From Mobula hypostoma (Eukaryota): a DNA stretch of 64,000 nt. The DNA lies in contig NC_086097.1 of the NCBI RefSeq assembly GCF_963921235.1, positions 196,728,001 to 196,792,000 of the forward strand. Direction: 5' to 3'. Below the pieces are notes generated by a model. The model had not been told where the DNA came from. It did no database searches and saw only the letters and a list, made by a program, of their open reading frames with translations. Position 1 is the stretch's first letter. The number at the start of each line of letters is the position of its first letter. The translations under genes and the position numbers were made by a program. Below are positions 10,511-23,300 of the stretch, piece after piece.

Positions 10511-13500
10511 ATAGAAAAACTACAGCACAGAAACAGGCCTTTTGGCCCTTCTTGACTGTGCCAAACCATGTTCTGCCTACTCCCACTGATCTGCACACGG
10601 ACCATATCCCTCCATACACCTCCCATCCATGTATCTGTCCAATTTATTCTTAAATGTTAAAAAAGAACCCACATTTACCAGCTCATCTGGCCCCTCATTC
10701 CACACTCCCACCACTCTCTGTGTGAAGAAGCCCTCACTAATGTTCCCTTTAAACTTTCCCCCCTTCACCCTTAACCCATGTCCTCTGGTTTTTTTCTCCT
10801 CTTGCCTCAGTGGAAAAAGCCTGCTTGCATCCACTCTATCTATACCCATCATAATTTTATATACCTCTATCAAATCTCCCCTCATTCTTTTACGCTCCAT
10901 GGAATAAAGTCCTAACTATTCAACCTTTCTCTGCAGCTGAGTTTGTCAAGTCCCGGAAACATCCTTGTAAATCTTCTCTGCACCCTTTCAACCTTATTAA
11001 TATCCTTCCTGTAATTTGGTGACCAAAACTGAACACAGTACTCCAGATTTGGCCTCACCAATGCCTTATACAATCTCATCATAACATTCCAGCTCTTATA
11101 CTCAATACTCTGATTAATAAAGACCAATGTACCAAAAGCTCTCTTTCCGACCCTATCTACCTGTGATGCCACTTTTAGGGAATTTTGTATCTGTATTCCC
11201 AGATCCCTCTGTTCTACTGCACTCCTCAGTGTCTTACCATTTCCCCTGTATGTTCTACCTTGGTTTGTCCTTCCAAAGTGCAATACCTCACACTTGTCTG
11301 TATTAAACTCCATCTGCCATTTTTCAGCCCATTTTCCCAGCTGGTCCAAATCCCTCTGCAAGCTTTGAAAACCTTCCTCACTGTCCACTACACCTCCAAT
11401 CTTTGTATCATCAGCAAATTTGCTGATCCAATTTACCACATTATCATCCAGGTCATTGATGTAGATGACAAATAACAACTGACCCAGCACTGATCCCTGT
11501 GGCACACCACCAGTCACAGGCTTCCACTCTGAGAAGCAATCCTCCACTACCACTCTTTGGCTTCTTCCAATGTCTAATCCAATTTACCACCTCTCCATGT
11601 ATACCCAGCGACTGAATTTTCCTAACTAACCTCCCATGCGGGACCTTGTCAAAAGCCTTACTGAAGTCCATGTAGACAACATCCACTGCCTTCCCTTCAT
11701 CCACTTTCCTGGTAACCTCCTCGAAAAACTCCAATAGATTGGTCAAACATGACCTACCACGCACAAAGCCATGTTGACTCTCCCTAATAAGTCCCTGTCT
11801 ATCCAAATGCTTGTAGATTCTGTCTCTTAGTACTTCCTCCAATAATTTACCCACTACCGACGTCAAACTTACCAGCCTATAGTTTCCCGGATTACTTTCT
11901 GATCCTTTTTTAAACAACGGAACAACATGAGCCATTCTCCAATCCTCTGGCACTTCACCCGTAGACACCGACATTTTAAATAGATCTGCCAGGACCGCTG
12001 CAATTTCAACACTAGTCTCCTTCAAGGTCCGAGGGAATACCCTGTCAGGTCCTGGAGATTTATCCACTTTAATTTGCCTCAAGATAGCAAGCACCTCCTC
12101 CTTTTCAATCTGTACAGTTTCCATGATCTCACTACTTGTTTCCCTTAATTCCATAGACTTCATGCCAGTTTCCTTAGTAAATACAGATGCAAAAAAACCA
12201 TTTAAGATCTCCCCCATTTCTTTTGGTTCCGCACATAGGCGACCACTCTGATCTTCGAGAGGACCCATTTTATCCCTTACAATCCTATTACTCTTAATAT
12301 ACCTGTAAAAGCTCTTTAGATTATCCTTCACTTTGACTGCCAAGGCAACCTCATGTCTTCTTTTAGCCCTCCTGATTTCCTTCTTAAGTATTTTTTTGCA
12401 CTTTTATACTCCTCAAGCACCTTATTTACTTCCTGTTTCCTATACATGTCATACAACTCTCTCTTCTTCTTTATCAGAGTTGCAATATCCCTTGAGAACC
12501 AAGGTTCCTTATTCCTATTCACTTTGCCTTTAATCCTGACAGGAACATACAAGCTCTGCACTCTCAAAATTTCTCCTTTGAAGGCTTCCCACTTACCGAT
12601 CATATCCTTGCCAGAGAACAACCTGTCCCAATCCACGCTTTTTAGATCCTTTCTCATTTCTTCAAATTTGGCCTTCTTCCAGTTTAGAATCTCAACCCTA
12701 GGACCAGATCTATCTTTATCCATGATCAAGTTGAAACTAATGGTGTTATGATCACTGGAACCAAAGTGCTCCCCTACACACACTTCCGTCACTTGTCTAA
12801 CTCGTTTCCCAATAGGAGATCAAATATTGCATCCCCTTCAGTTGGTACCTCTATATATTGATTTAGGAAACTTTCCTGAACACATTTTACAAACTCTAAC
12901 CCATCTAGACCCCTAACAGTATGGGAGTCCCAATCAATAAGTGGAAAATTAAAATCCCCTACCACCACAACTTTATGTTTCCTGCAGTTGCCTGCTATCT
13001 CTCTGCAGATTTGCTCCTCCAATTCTCGCTGACTATTGGGTGGTCTATAATACAACCCCACTAATGTGGCCATACCTTTCCTGTTTCTCAGCTCCACCCA
13101 TAAGGACTCAGTAGACAAGCCCTTTAATCTGTCCTGCCTGAGCACTCCTGTAACATTTTCCCTGACAAGCAATGCTACCCCTCCACCTTTCATTCCTCTG
13201 CCTCTCTCACACCTGAAACATCGGAACCCTGGAATATTAAGCTGCCAGTGCTGCCCCTCCTGTAGCCAAGTTTCACTAATTGCTGTAACGTCATAATTCC
13301 ACGTGTCAATCCACGCCCTCAACTCATCTGCTTTCCCCGCAATACTCCTAGCATTGAAATTTCTACACCTCAGAAGATTTTTACCACCACTCACCTTTCT
13401 ATTTGCGGCTTTGCTTGAACTTTTAACATGATTTATTTTCACCCCAGCCCTGCTGTCAGCTCTGGCACTCTGGTTCCCATCCCCCTGCAAATCTAGTTTA

Positions 13501-14213
13501 AAGCCTCCCCAATAGCACTAACAAACCTCCCTGAAAGGATATTGGTCCCCCTGTAGTTCAAGTGTAACCCGTCTCTCCTGTATAGGTCCCACCTGCCCCA
13601 GAAGAGGTCCCAGTGATCCTGAAATCTGAAACCCTGCCCCCTACACCAGTTCCTCAGCCACTTGTTCATCCTCCAGAGCATCCTATTCTTACCCTCACTG
13701 GCACCTAGCACAGGTAGCAATCCTGAGATTACCACCCTTGAGGTCCTGCTTATCAACTTCCTACCAAGCTCTCTATTCTCACTGTCCAGGACCGCTTCAC
13801 TCTTCCTTGCTATGTCATTGGTACCAATGTGCACCATGACATCTGGCTGATCACCCTCCCACTTCAGAATGTCATGCAAGCGATCAGAGACATCCTTGAC
13901 CCTGGCACCCGGGAGGCAACAAACCATCCTGGATTCTCTGTCACGACCACAGAACCTCCTATCTGTACCTCTAACTATCGAGTCCCCTATCACTACCGCT
14001 CTCCTCTTTTTCCACCCTCCCTTTTGCACTGCAGAGCCAGACTCAGTGCCAGAGATCTGGCTGCTGCAGCTTGTCCCAGGTAAGTCATTCCCCCCTCCCC
14101 CCAACAGTATCCAATGCGGTATACTTGTTGTTGAGGGGAATGGCCACAGGGGAACCCTGCTCTGCCTGCCCTTTCCTCTTCCCTTGCCTGAGAGTGACCC
14201 AATTTCCTGTGCT
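10510..14213 (-). mobile_element. CR1 LINE, 5'-truncated, with part of ORF1 and frameshifted ORF2 (APE + RT)
   Basis: ORFs 12789-13490 (APE), 11453-12343 and 10912-11553 (RT: GVPQGSVLG, FADD), 10577-10900 (C-terminus), and a CR1-type 3' tail. Confidence 0.95.
13493..14104 (-). pseudogene. CR1 ORF1 SGNH esterase domain
   Basis: Motifs VIGDSIVRG, HIGTND and DGLHLN in one open frame. Frameshifted upstream and 5'-truncated. Confidence 0.85.
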
Positions 14214-14412
14214 CTCCCCCTCCTGTCTTCCTTCCCTCCCCCTCCTGTCTTCTCCTATCATTTTGGATCTCCCCCTCCCACTTTCAAATCTCTCACTATC
14301 TCTTCTTTCAGTTAGTCCTGACAAAGGGTCTCAGCCCAAAACGTCAACTGTACCTCTTCCTATAGATGCTGCCTGGCCTGCTGCGTTCACCAGCAATTTT
14401 TATGTGTGTTAT
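14214..14412 (+). mobile_element. Penelope-like terminal repeat (continuation of 10160-10510) with decayed hammerhead motif
   Basis: tagtc-ctgacaa-agggtctcagccc-aaaac-gtc-aactg at 14313-14350, then tagatgctgcctggcctgctgcgttcaccagc. Confidence 0.8.
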
Positions 14413-14567
14413 TTGATTATTTTCCGTTACCCTTTGTTAGAAAGCCAATATGATAATGAAATGCCTCCAGTAACTTTAGCTAGCTGATAACTGAAAATGA
14501 TAAGAAACAATTCTGATCCTGTAACATGACCATTCAGTGAAGTTGCTTTTTGTTTATTTTATTTCAG

Positions 14568-14658
14568 TAATGCCTTATATCAGTGCCCATTACTGTGTTG
14601 TGAAAGTGGAAAACTTCCTGTTTGTACCAGGAGGAGAAGACCAAATGGAACCCAAATG
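14568..14658 (+). pseudogene. KLHL14: Isolated KLHL14-like kelch-repeat exon with a 1-nt insertion
   Basis: Acceptor ttttatttcag and donor G|gtaata. Translates MPYISAHYCVVKVENFLFVPGGEDQ(+a)WNPN, versus recalled vertebrate KLHL14 MPYNSAHHCVVEVENFLFVLGGEDQWNPNG. Length 91 nt = 90+1. Confidence 0.75.
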
Positions 14659-17472
14659 GTAATAACAAACTGCATGATTCTTCTTACTTCCCTTCAAAAG
14701 GATGCATCAATATTTTTTGGGAACAGGAATAATGAAAGTTGTATTCATTTATGTTAATGTCAATAAACCAGAAAATGTAACAACTGTGGGGCAAGTAGAG
14801 GAAAGGTTGTTAAAACTGAGATATTTGTGGTGCTACTTACCTTACAGTCCAAGTTAATTTCCCTTTTCATCATAACTTTATTATTACAGTATTGAAAGCA
14901 CTACCGTCCTGTTTCTCTCCACTTGACTTAGCAAGAAGCAAGTTCCCAGTTGTTGCAAATGGTCATTAAATCCTCTCTTTGTTAACTTCACCAGTACTGC
15001 TTTTTGTGCATGTAATCAATCAATGTAGGTAAGCTATTTTATGTACTTATTTATTGTGATTTTGTTTTATTATTATGTTCTTTACTTTAGTGTGTTTTTA
15101 TATGCTGTGTTGGACCCAGAACAATTATTTTGTTCTCCTTTACACATGTGTATTGAAAATGACATCAAACAATCTGGATAGCAACATTGACATTGATATT
15201 GAGAATTGATCATGTAAATATAACAATTATGACTACGTTCACATATATTTTTCATCACAAAGAATAACTATTTCCATCTCAGTGATATTATTACAGCTTT
15301 TTCTCATATTAACCAATGGAGCAACTGAAAAATAGAATCATTCTTGACTATTCCAATACTATTCTAATTATAAGTTTCTTCCTTCCTTGGTAAATTTCCA
15401 TTGTCAGCATGTTATCTACTCACCATAACCAATTTCCCTGCTGAAATACTTTGGTTTCTTCTTCCAAGAGCACAACTTGGAAAGAAAAGAGGGGAAAAAA
15501 ATACCGAGGTAGTGTCCATTCAGCAATCTGATGGCAGAGGGAAATAAGCTGTTACTGAAATGTTCAGTGTGTGTCTTTAGGCTCCTGTACCTCTTCCTTG
15601 ATGGTGGCAATGAGAAGAGAGCATGCCCTGTGTGATGGGGGTCCTTAATGATGATTGCCACCTTTTTGAGGTATTGCCTTTAGAAGGTGACTTGGATGCT
15701 GGGGAGGCTAGTGGCCATGATGGGGCTGGCTGAGTTTACAACTTTCTGCAGCTTTTTCCAGTCCTGTGCAGTGACCCCTGCTTACCAGATGGTGATGCAA
15801 CCAGTTAGAAGGTTCTCCACAGTACAGTATATCTGTAGACATTTGTGAGTGTCTTTGGTGACATACCAATTCTCCTCAAACTCCTAATGAAGTATAGCTA
15901 CATTTGTGCCTTCTTTGTAAATGCATCAATATGTTGGGCTCAGGATAATTCCTCAAAGATGTTGACACCCAGGAACTTGAAATTGTTCACACTTTCCACT
16001 TCTGATCCGTTGATGACTGGTGTGTGGTCCCTCAACTTCCCCTTCCTTAAGGTTACAATTGGTTCCTTGGTCTTACTGATGTTAAGTACAAGGTTATTGC
16101 TGGAAAACTTCTCAACCAGCTGAACTATCTCTCTCCTGTCCACCTCCTCATCACCATCTAAAATTCTTCCAACGATAGTTGTGTTTTCGGTAAATTTATA
16201 GATGGCATTTGAGCTGTGCCTAGCTGTACCATCATGGGTGTAGAGAGAGTAGAACAGTAGGTTAAGCACGCATTGTTGAGGTGCATCAGTGTTGATTGTC
16301 AGCAGAAAGGAGATGTTGCTTTCAATCGGCACAGACTGTGATCTCCCAGTGAGGAAGTCAAGGATCCAGTTGCAGACGGAGGTACAGAGGCTCAGGTGTT
16401 TGGAGCCTGTTGGTTAGAACTAAGGATGTGATTGTATTGAGAGCTGAACTGTAGTCAACAAACAGCAGCCTGATGTAGGTATTACTTTTGTCCAGGTGAT
16501 CCTAGGCTGAGTGGAGAGACAGTGAAATGGCACCCACTGTAGACCTATTGTGATGATAAGCAAATTGCAGTGGGTCCAGGTTCCTGCTTAGGCAGGAGTT
16601 GATTCTGGACATGACCAACTCTCAAAGCCATTCATTACAGTAGATGTGATGCTACTCGGCGATACTCCATTGAAGCAGCTCACCTTGCTCTTCTTTGGCA
16701 CTGGTATGATTGTCACACTTTTGACAGCAAATGGGAATCTTCGACTGCAGCAGTGAGCGATTGACAATGTCTTTGAACACTCCCATTAGTTGTTTGGCAC
16801 AGGTTTTCAGAGCCCTACCATCAGGTCCCGATGACTTGCAAGGGTCCACCTTCTTGAAAGATGTTCGGACACCAGCCTCCGAATCAGAGATCAAAGGGTC
16901 ACCAGATGCACAGGTGTAGCTTTATTCTCCCTTTCAAAGCGTGCTTAAAAGACGTTTAGCTCATCTGGGAGAAGCATCATAGCCATTCATGTTGTTAGGT
17001 ATTGCTTTGTAGGAAGTAATGGCGTGCAAGCCCTGCCAGAGCTGCTGTACATCCGATTCTGTCTCTAACCTCGATTGGGATTGTTTTCTTGCCTTTAAAA
17101 TAGTCTTCTGTAGGTCACACCTGAGACTCTTGTATAGTTCTGGATCACTAGTCTTGAACGCCACAGATCTAGCCCTCAGCAGACTACAAATTTCCTGGTT
17201 CATCCACAGCTTTTAGTTTGGTATGTTCTCAAAGGCACACACTCATCCACACAGGTCTTGATGAAGTCAGTGACAACTGTAACATACTCATTCAGATTCG
17301 AAGATGATTCTCAAGTAATGCCCAATCCACTGAATCAAAGCAGTCCTGTAAGTGCTCCTCCACCTCCCTTGACCATACCTTGGTCCTCACCACTGGTGCT
17401 GCAGTCTTATGTCTCTGTCTATTAGCTGGGATTAGAAGTACAGCAAGTTGTGGGCATAGGATAGCACGGTAG

Positions 17473-19755
17473 TGTGAAGTGTACTGACTGGCTGCATTAC
17501 AGCCTAGTATGGGAACACCAATACCTTTAAAGGGAAAATCCTGCAAAAGGTTGTGGATTTGGCTGAGTACATAATGGATAAACCCTACCAACCATTGAAC
17601 ACATCTACATGAAATGCTAGGAAAGCAGCATCCATCATTAAAGATTCTCATCACCCAGGCCATGCTCTTTTCTCACTGCTGCCATCAGCAGAAGGTACAA
17701 GTGCCTTAGGACTCACACCAACAGGTTCAAGAAATGTTACTATCCGGCAAACATCAGGCTCTTGAACAAAAGAGGATAACTACACTCATCTATTGAGATG
17801 TTACCAGAATCAATTATCTCAATATAAGGACTCCTTATTTTGTTATTTCATGTTAATCGTTACTTATTGCTGTTTCTTTATATTTGCATTTGTACAGTTT
17901 GTTATCTTCTATTCTCTACTTGCTCTTTTAATGATCCTTTTTATAGAAACATAGAAACCTACAGCACAGTACAGGCCCTACAGCCCACAAAGCTGTGCCG
18001 AATATGTCCTTACCTTAGAAATTACCTGGGGTTACTCATAGCCCTCTATTTTTCTAACCTCCATGTACCTATCCAGGAGTCTCTTAAAAAAACCCTATCG
18101 TATCTGCCTCCACCACCATCAACGGCAGCCCATTCCATGCACTCACCACTCTCTGCGTAAAAAAACTTACCCCTGACATCTCCTCTGTACCTGCTTCCAA
18201 GCACTTTAAAACTATGCCCTCAAGAGCAAGCCATTACAGCCCCGGGGAAAAGCCTCTGACTATCCAGACGATCAATGCCTGTCATCATCTTGTATACCTC
18301 TATCAGTTCCCCTCTCATGCTGCATCGCTCCAAGGAGAAAAGGCTGAGTTCACTCAACCTATTCTCATAAGGCATGCTCCCCAATCCAGGCAACATCCTT
18401 GTAAATCTCCTCTGCACCCTTTCTATGGTTTCCACATCCTTCCTGTAGTGAGGCGACCAGGACTGAGCACAGTACTCCAAGTAGGGTCTGACCAGGGTCC
18501 TATATAGCTGCAACATTACCTCTCAGCTCCTAAACTCAATCCCATGATTGATGAAGGCCAACGCACCGCATGCCTCCTTAACCACAGAGTCAACCTGTGT
18601 AGCAGCTTTGAGTGTCCTATGGACTTGGACCCCAAAGGTCCCTCTGATCCTCCACACTGCCAAGAGTCTTACCGTTAATACTATATTCTGCCATATTTGA
18701 CCTACCGAAATGAATCACTTCACACTTATCTGGGTTGAGCTCCATCTGCCACTTCTCAGCCCAGCTTTGCATCCCATCAATGTCCCGCTGTACCTTCTGA
18801 CAGTCCTCCACACTATCCACAACACCCCCAACCTTTGTGTCATCAGCAAATTTACTTACCCATCCCTCCACTTCCTCATCCAGGTCATTTATAAAAATCA
18901 CGAAGAGTAGAGGTCCCAGAACAGATCCGAGGCACACCACTGGTCATCAACCTCCATGCAGAATATGACCTGTCTGCAACCACTCTTTGCCTTCCGTGGG
19001 CAAGCCAGTTCTGGATCCACAAAGCAATGTCCCCTTGGATCCCATGCCTCCTTACTTTCTCAATAAGCCTTGCATAGGGTACCTTATCAAATGCCTTGCT
19101 GAAATCCATATACACTACATCTACTGCTCTTCCTTCATCAATGTGTTTAGTCACATCCTCAAAAAATTCAATCAGGCTCGTAAGGTATAACCTGCCTTTG
19201 ACAAAGCCATGCTGACTATTCCTAATCATATTATGCCTCTCCAAATGTTCATAAATCCTGCCTCTCAGGAACTTCTCCATCAACTAATGTAAGACTCACT
19301 GGTCTATAATTTCCTGGGCTATCTCTAACTCCATTTCTTGAATAAGGGAACAACATCCGCAACCCTCCAATCCTCCGGAACCTCTCCCATCCCCGTTGAT
19401 GATGCAAAGATCTTTGGCAGAGACTCAGCAATCTCCTCCCTCACTTTCCACAGTAGCCTGGGGTACATTTTGTCAGGTCCCGGTGACTTATCCAACTTGA
19501 TGCTTTCCGAAAGCTCCAGCACGTCCTCTTTCTTACTATCTACATGCTCAAGCTTTTCAGTCCGCTGTAAGTTATCCCTACAATCGCCTAGATCCTTTTC
19601 CATAGTGAATACTATTGTATATTCACTATTATATATTTATTATGTATTTATAGTTACTAGATTTGCTAAGTATGCCTGCAGGAAATGGAATCTCAGAGTT
19701 GTATATGGTGACATGTACTATATGTACTCAGATAATAAACTTTACTTTGAACTTT
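17473..19755 (+). mobile_element. Rex1/Babar 3' fragment (split by CR1 17941-19612)
   Basis: actgactggctgcattacagcc... start, and 3' tail taataaactttactttgaactt at ~19733-19754. Confidence 0.75.
17941..19612 (-). mobile_element. CR1 LINE 3' fragment (RT, frameshifted)
   Basis: ORFs 18220-18516, 18617-18940, 18885-19283 and 19325-19603; atagaaac tail repeat. Confidence 0.9.
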
Positions 19756-20382
19756 GGTGTATTACAGTGGTCAAGTGTGTTGACTCCTCTGGTTTCACAA
19801 GTGATATGTTGGTGGTAGATGTTCAGAGACTTCTTCAAACCAGCCTAGTTGAAATCTCCCATTAGGGAAGGCATCAGTGCATGCAGTTTTATGCCTGCTG
19901 ATTATGTTGCTCAGCTCCTCCAGCACCTGCGTGATGTTGGCCTGAGGTGGGATGTACACCACTACCAGGATGATGATGGAAGATTCCTTCAACAGAAAAA
20001 ATGAACGATATTTGACCGCTTGATATTCCAGGTTAGGCGAGCAGGACGGAGACAGCGCCACCACGGTTGTGCACCATGTTGAGTTAATCATAAAGTATGC
20101 TCCTCCTCCTTTGTCTTTAAAAGACTGAGCTGTCCTGTCTTTGTGGAGAATGGTGGAATTCTTGGGCTGCAGCACTGTGTCCAAATTTGCAAGTATGAGC
20201 CATGTTTATGTGAAGCAGAGTGCACAGCAGTCCCTGATGTTCCTCTGGTACATCAATCTTGTTCTAAAGTCTTAAATATTATTTTCCAGAGACTGTTCAT
20301 TCACCAGCAGGATAGTCAGGAGTGGAAGTCATGTCTCGTTCATACCTGGAGGCTGGCGTGGCATCCCCGCTTCTGTTTTCTT

Positions 20383-23300
20383 TTCTTTCTTTTTAAATCT
20401 TTTTATTGAGTAAGTATACAAAAAAGGTAAGCCATATAAACATTAATACAATGTTAAAGTATAATAAAATTCCAAAAGATAACAATACCAAAAAGAAAAT
20501 ACTACAAACAATGTAATTTAAGCATAAGAAACCAAGATAACATAATAGTATACTAGATTTTATATATATCAATGGAAAAAAAGAAAAAAAAAACCCCAAA
20601 AAAAAAACCCACCGTGCAACTAACTAAAAGCAAAGCAAAGCAATGGGCTAACTTGAAACCAAACAGAGTTAAACTTAAAATCACGTCCTCAATCCCGACC
20701 TCCATTAAAACAGTGAAGAGAAAACAAGAAGGGTAAATATTACATTAAATGAAAATATCGAATAAAAGGTCCCCAAATCTGTTCAAATTTAAATGAAGAA
20801 TCATAAAGGTTACTTCTAATTTTCTCCAGATTCAAACATAAAATCGTCTGAGAAAACCAAAAAAAGGTAGTTGGAGCATTAAGCTCTTTCCAATGTTGTA
20901 AAATACATCTTTTCGCCATTAAAGTAAGAAATGCAATCATTCTACGGGCTGAAGGGGAAAGATTACTAGAAATTTTAGGTAGTCCAAAGATAGCAGTAAT
21001 AGGGTGAGGAGAGATATCTATATTTAATACCTTAGAAATAATATTGAAAATATCTCTCCAAAAAGTTTCCAAAGTAGGGCAAGACCAAAACATATGAGTT
21101 AAAGAGGCTATCTGCCCCGAACATCTATCACAGAAAGGATTAATATGCGAGTAAAAACGCGCTAACTTATCTTTGGACATATGTGCTCTATGAACCACTT
21201 TAAATTGAATTAGGGAATGTTTAGCACAAATAGAGGAAGTATTAACTAATTGTAAAATCTGCCCCCAATCATCCACAGAAATGGTAAGCCCCAATTCCTG
21301 TTCCCAATCTACCCTAATCTTATCAAATGGAGCTTTCCTAAGTTTCATAATAATATTATAAATCATAGCCGATGCACCTTTCTGACATGGATTAAGGTTA
21401 ATTATCGAATCTAAAATATATATAGGAGGAAGCATTGGAAAGGAAGTAAGTATAGTACTTAGGAAATTTCTAACTTGTAAATATCTAAAAAAATGTATTC
21501 TTGATAAGTTATATTTATTAGATAATTGTTCAAAAGACATAAGGGAACCATCTAAAAATAAATCCAAAAACCGTAAAATACCCTTAGTCTTCCAAGTTTG
21601 AAAAGCGCGATCCGTAAAAGAGGGAGGAAAAAATATGTTACCTAAAATAGGAATCGCTAACCCGAATTGATTAAGATCAAAAAATTTTCTGAATTGAAAC
21701 CAAATGCGCAAAGCATATTTAACTATCGGGTTAGAGACCTGCTTAAGACGTTTCGAATCAAAAGGAAGAGAGGAACCTAAAATAGAACCAAGTGTATAAC
21801 CCTGAACAGATTGTAATTCCAATGCTACCCATTTAGGAATAAATAGTATGTCCCGGTCAAGTAACCAAAATTTCATATGTCGAATATTAATAGCCCAATA
21901 ATAAAATCTAAAGTTAGGTAATGCTAAACCTCCATCTCTCTTAGCTTTCTGTAAATGTATTTTACCCAGTCTCGGATTCTTGTTCTGCCAAATAAATGAA
22001 GAAATTTTAGAGTCAACTTTATCAAAAAAAGATTTAGGAACGAAAATTGGTAATGCCTGAAACACATATAAAAATTTTGGCAAAAAAAACATCTTAACTG
22101 CATTAATACGACCAATCAAAGTTAAATATAAGGGAAACCATTTAGATGAAAGTTGAGTAATATGGTCTATTAATGGTAAAAAGTTAGTCTTAAATAAATC
22201 TTTATGTTTACAAGTAATTTTAATCCCAAGATATGAAAAGTAATTATTAATCAATTTAAATGGAAATTTATAATATAAGGGAAGATGTTTATTAATCGGA
22301 AAAAGTTCACTCTTACTAAGATTTAATTTATAACCTGAGAAAAGACCAAATTGTGCTAATAACTCTAAAACAGCAGGAATGGATCTCTCAGGATTAGAAA
22401 TATATAAAAGTAAATCATCAGCATAGAGTGATAATTTATGGGACTTTAATCCCCGAGTTATCCCAGTAATATTTAAAGATTCTCGAATAGCAATTGCAAG
22501 AGGTTCTAATGCAATATCAAATAATAGGGGACTAAGAGGACAGCCTTGTCGAGTACCACGAAAGAGAGGAAAAAAAGGTGAGTTTAAGGAGTTAGTACGA
22601 ACCGAGGCTACAGGGGAGTAATATAACAGTTTAATCCAGGATATAAATTTCAAGCTAAAATTAAACATTTCAAGCACCTTAAATAAATAAGGCCATTCTA
22701 CTCTATCAAAAGCTTTCTCGGCATCTAAAGAAATAACACACTCAGGAACATTTTGTGAGGGAGTATAAACGATATTTAACAATGTACGAATATTATAAAA
22801 AGAGTAACGACCTTTAATAAAACCCGTTTGGTCTTCCGAAATAATAGAAGGAAGTACTTTTTCTAGTCTATTTGCTAATAACTTAGAAAAAACTTTAGAA
22901 TCAACATTTAATAAAGATATTGGTCTATAAGATGCACATTGAGCAGGGTCTTTATCCTTCTTTAGTATTAAAGAAATTGATGCTCTATTAAAAGATTCCG
23001 GAAGTTTACCAAGTTTCAAAGAAGCCTCAAAAACCTTATAGAGCCAAGGAATCAATAAAGAAGCAAAACATTTATAAAATTCAACGGTAAACCCATCAGG
23101 GCCAGGAGCTTTCCCCAGATTCATAGAAAAAATAACATTCTTAATCTCATCCATTGTAATGGAAGTATCTAATAAAGAAGACATATCCTGTGAAATCAGA
23201 GGGAAGTCTAACTTATCTAAAAAATCATTCATATATTTAGAATCTCGAGGAGACTCTGATTGGTATAAAGAAGAATAAAAATCACAAAAGGTTTGATTAA

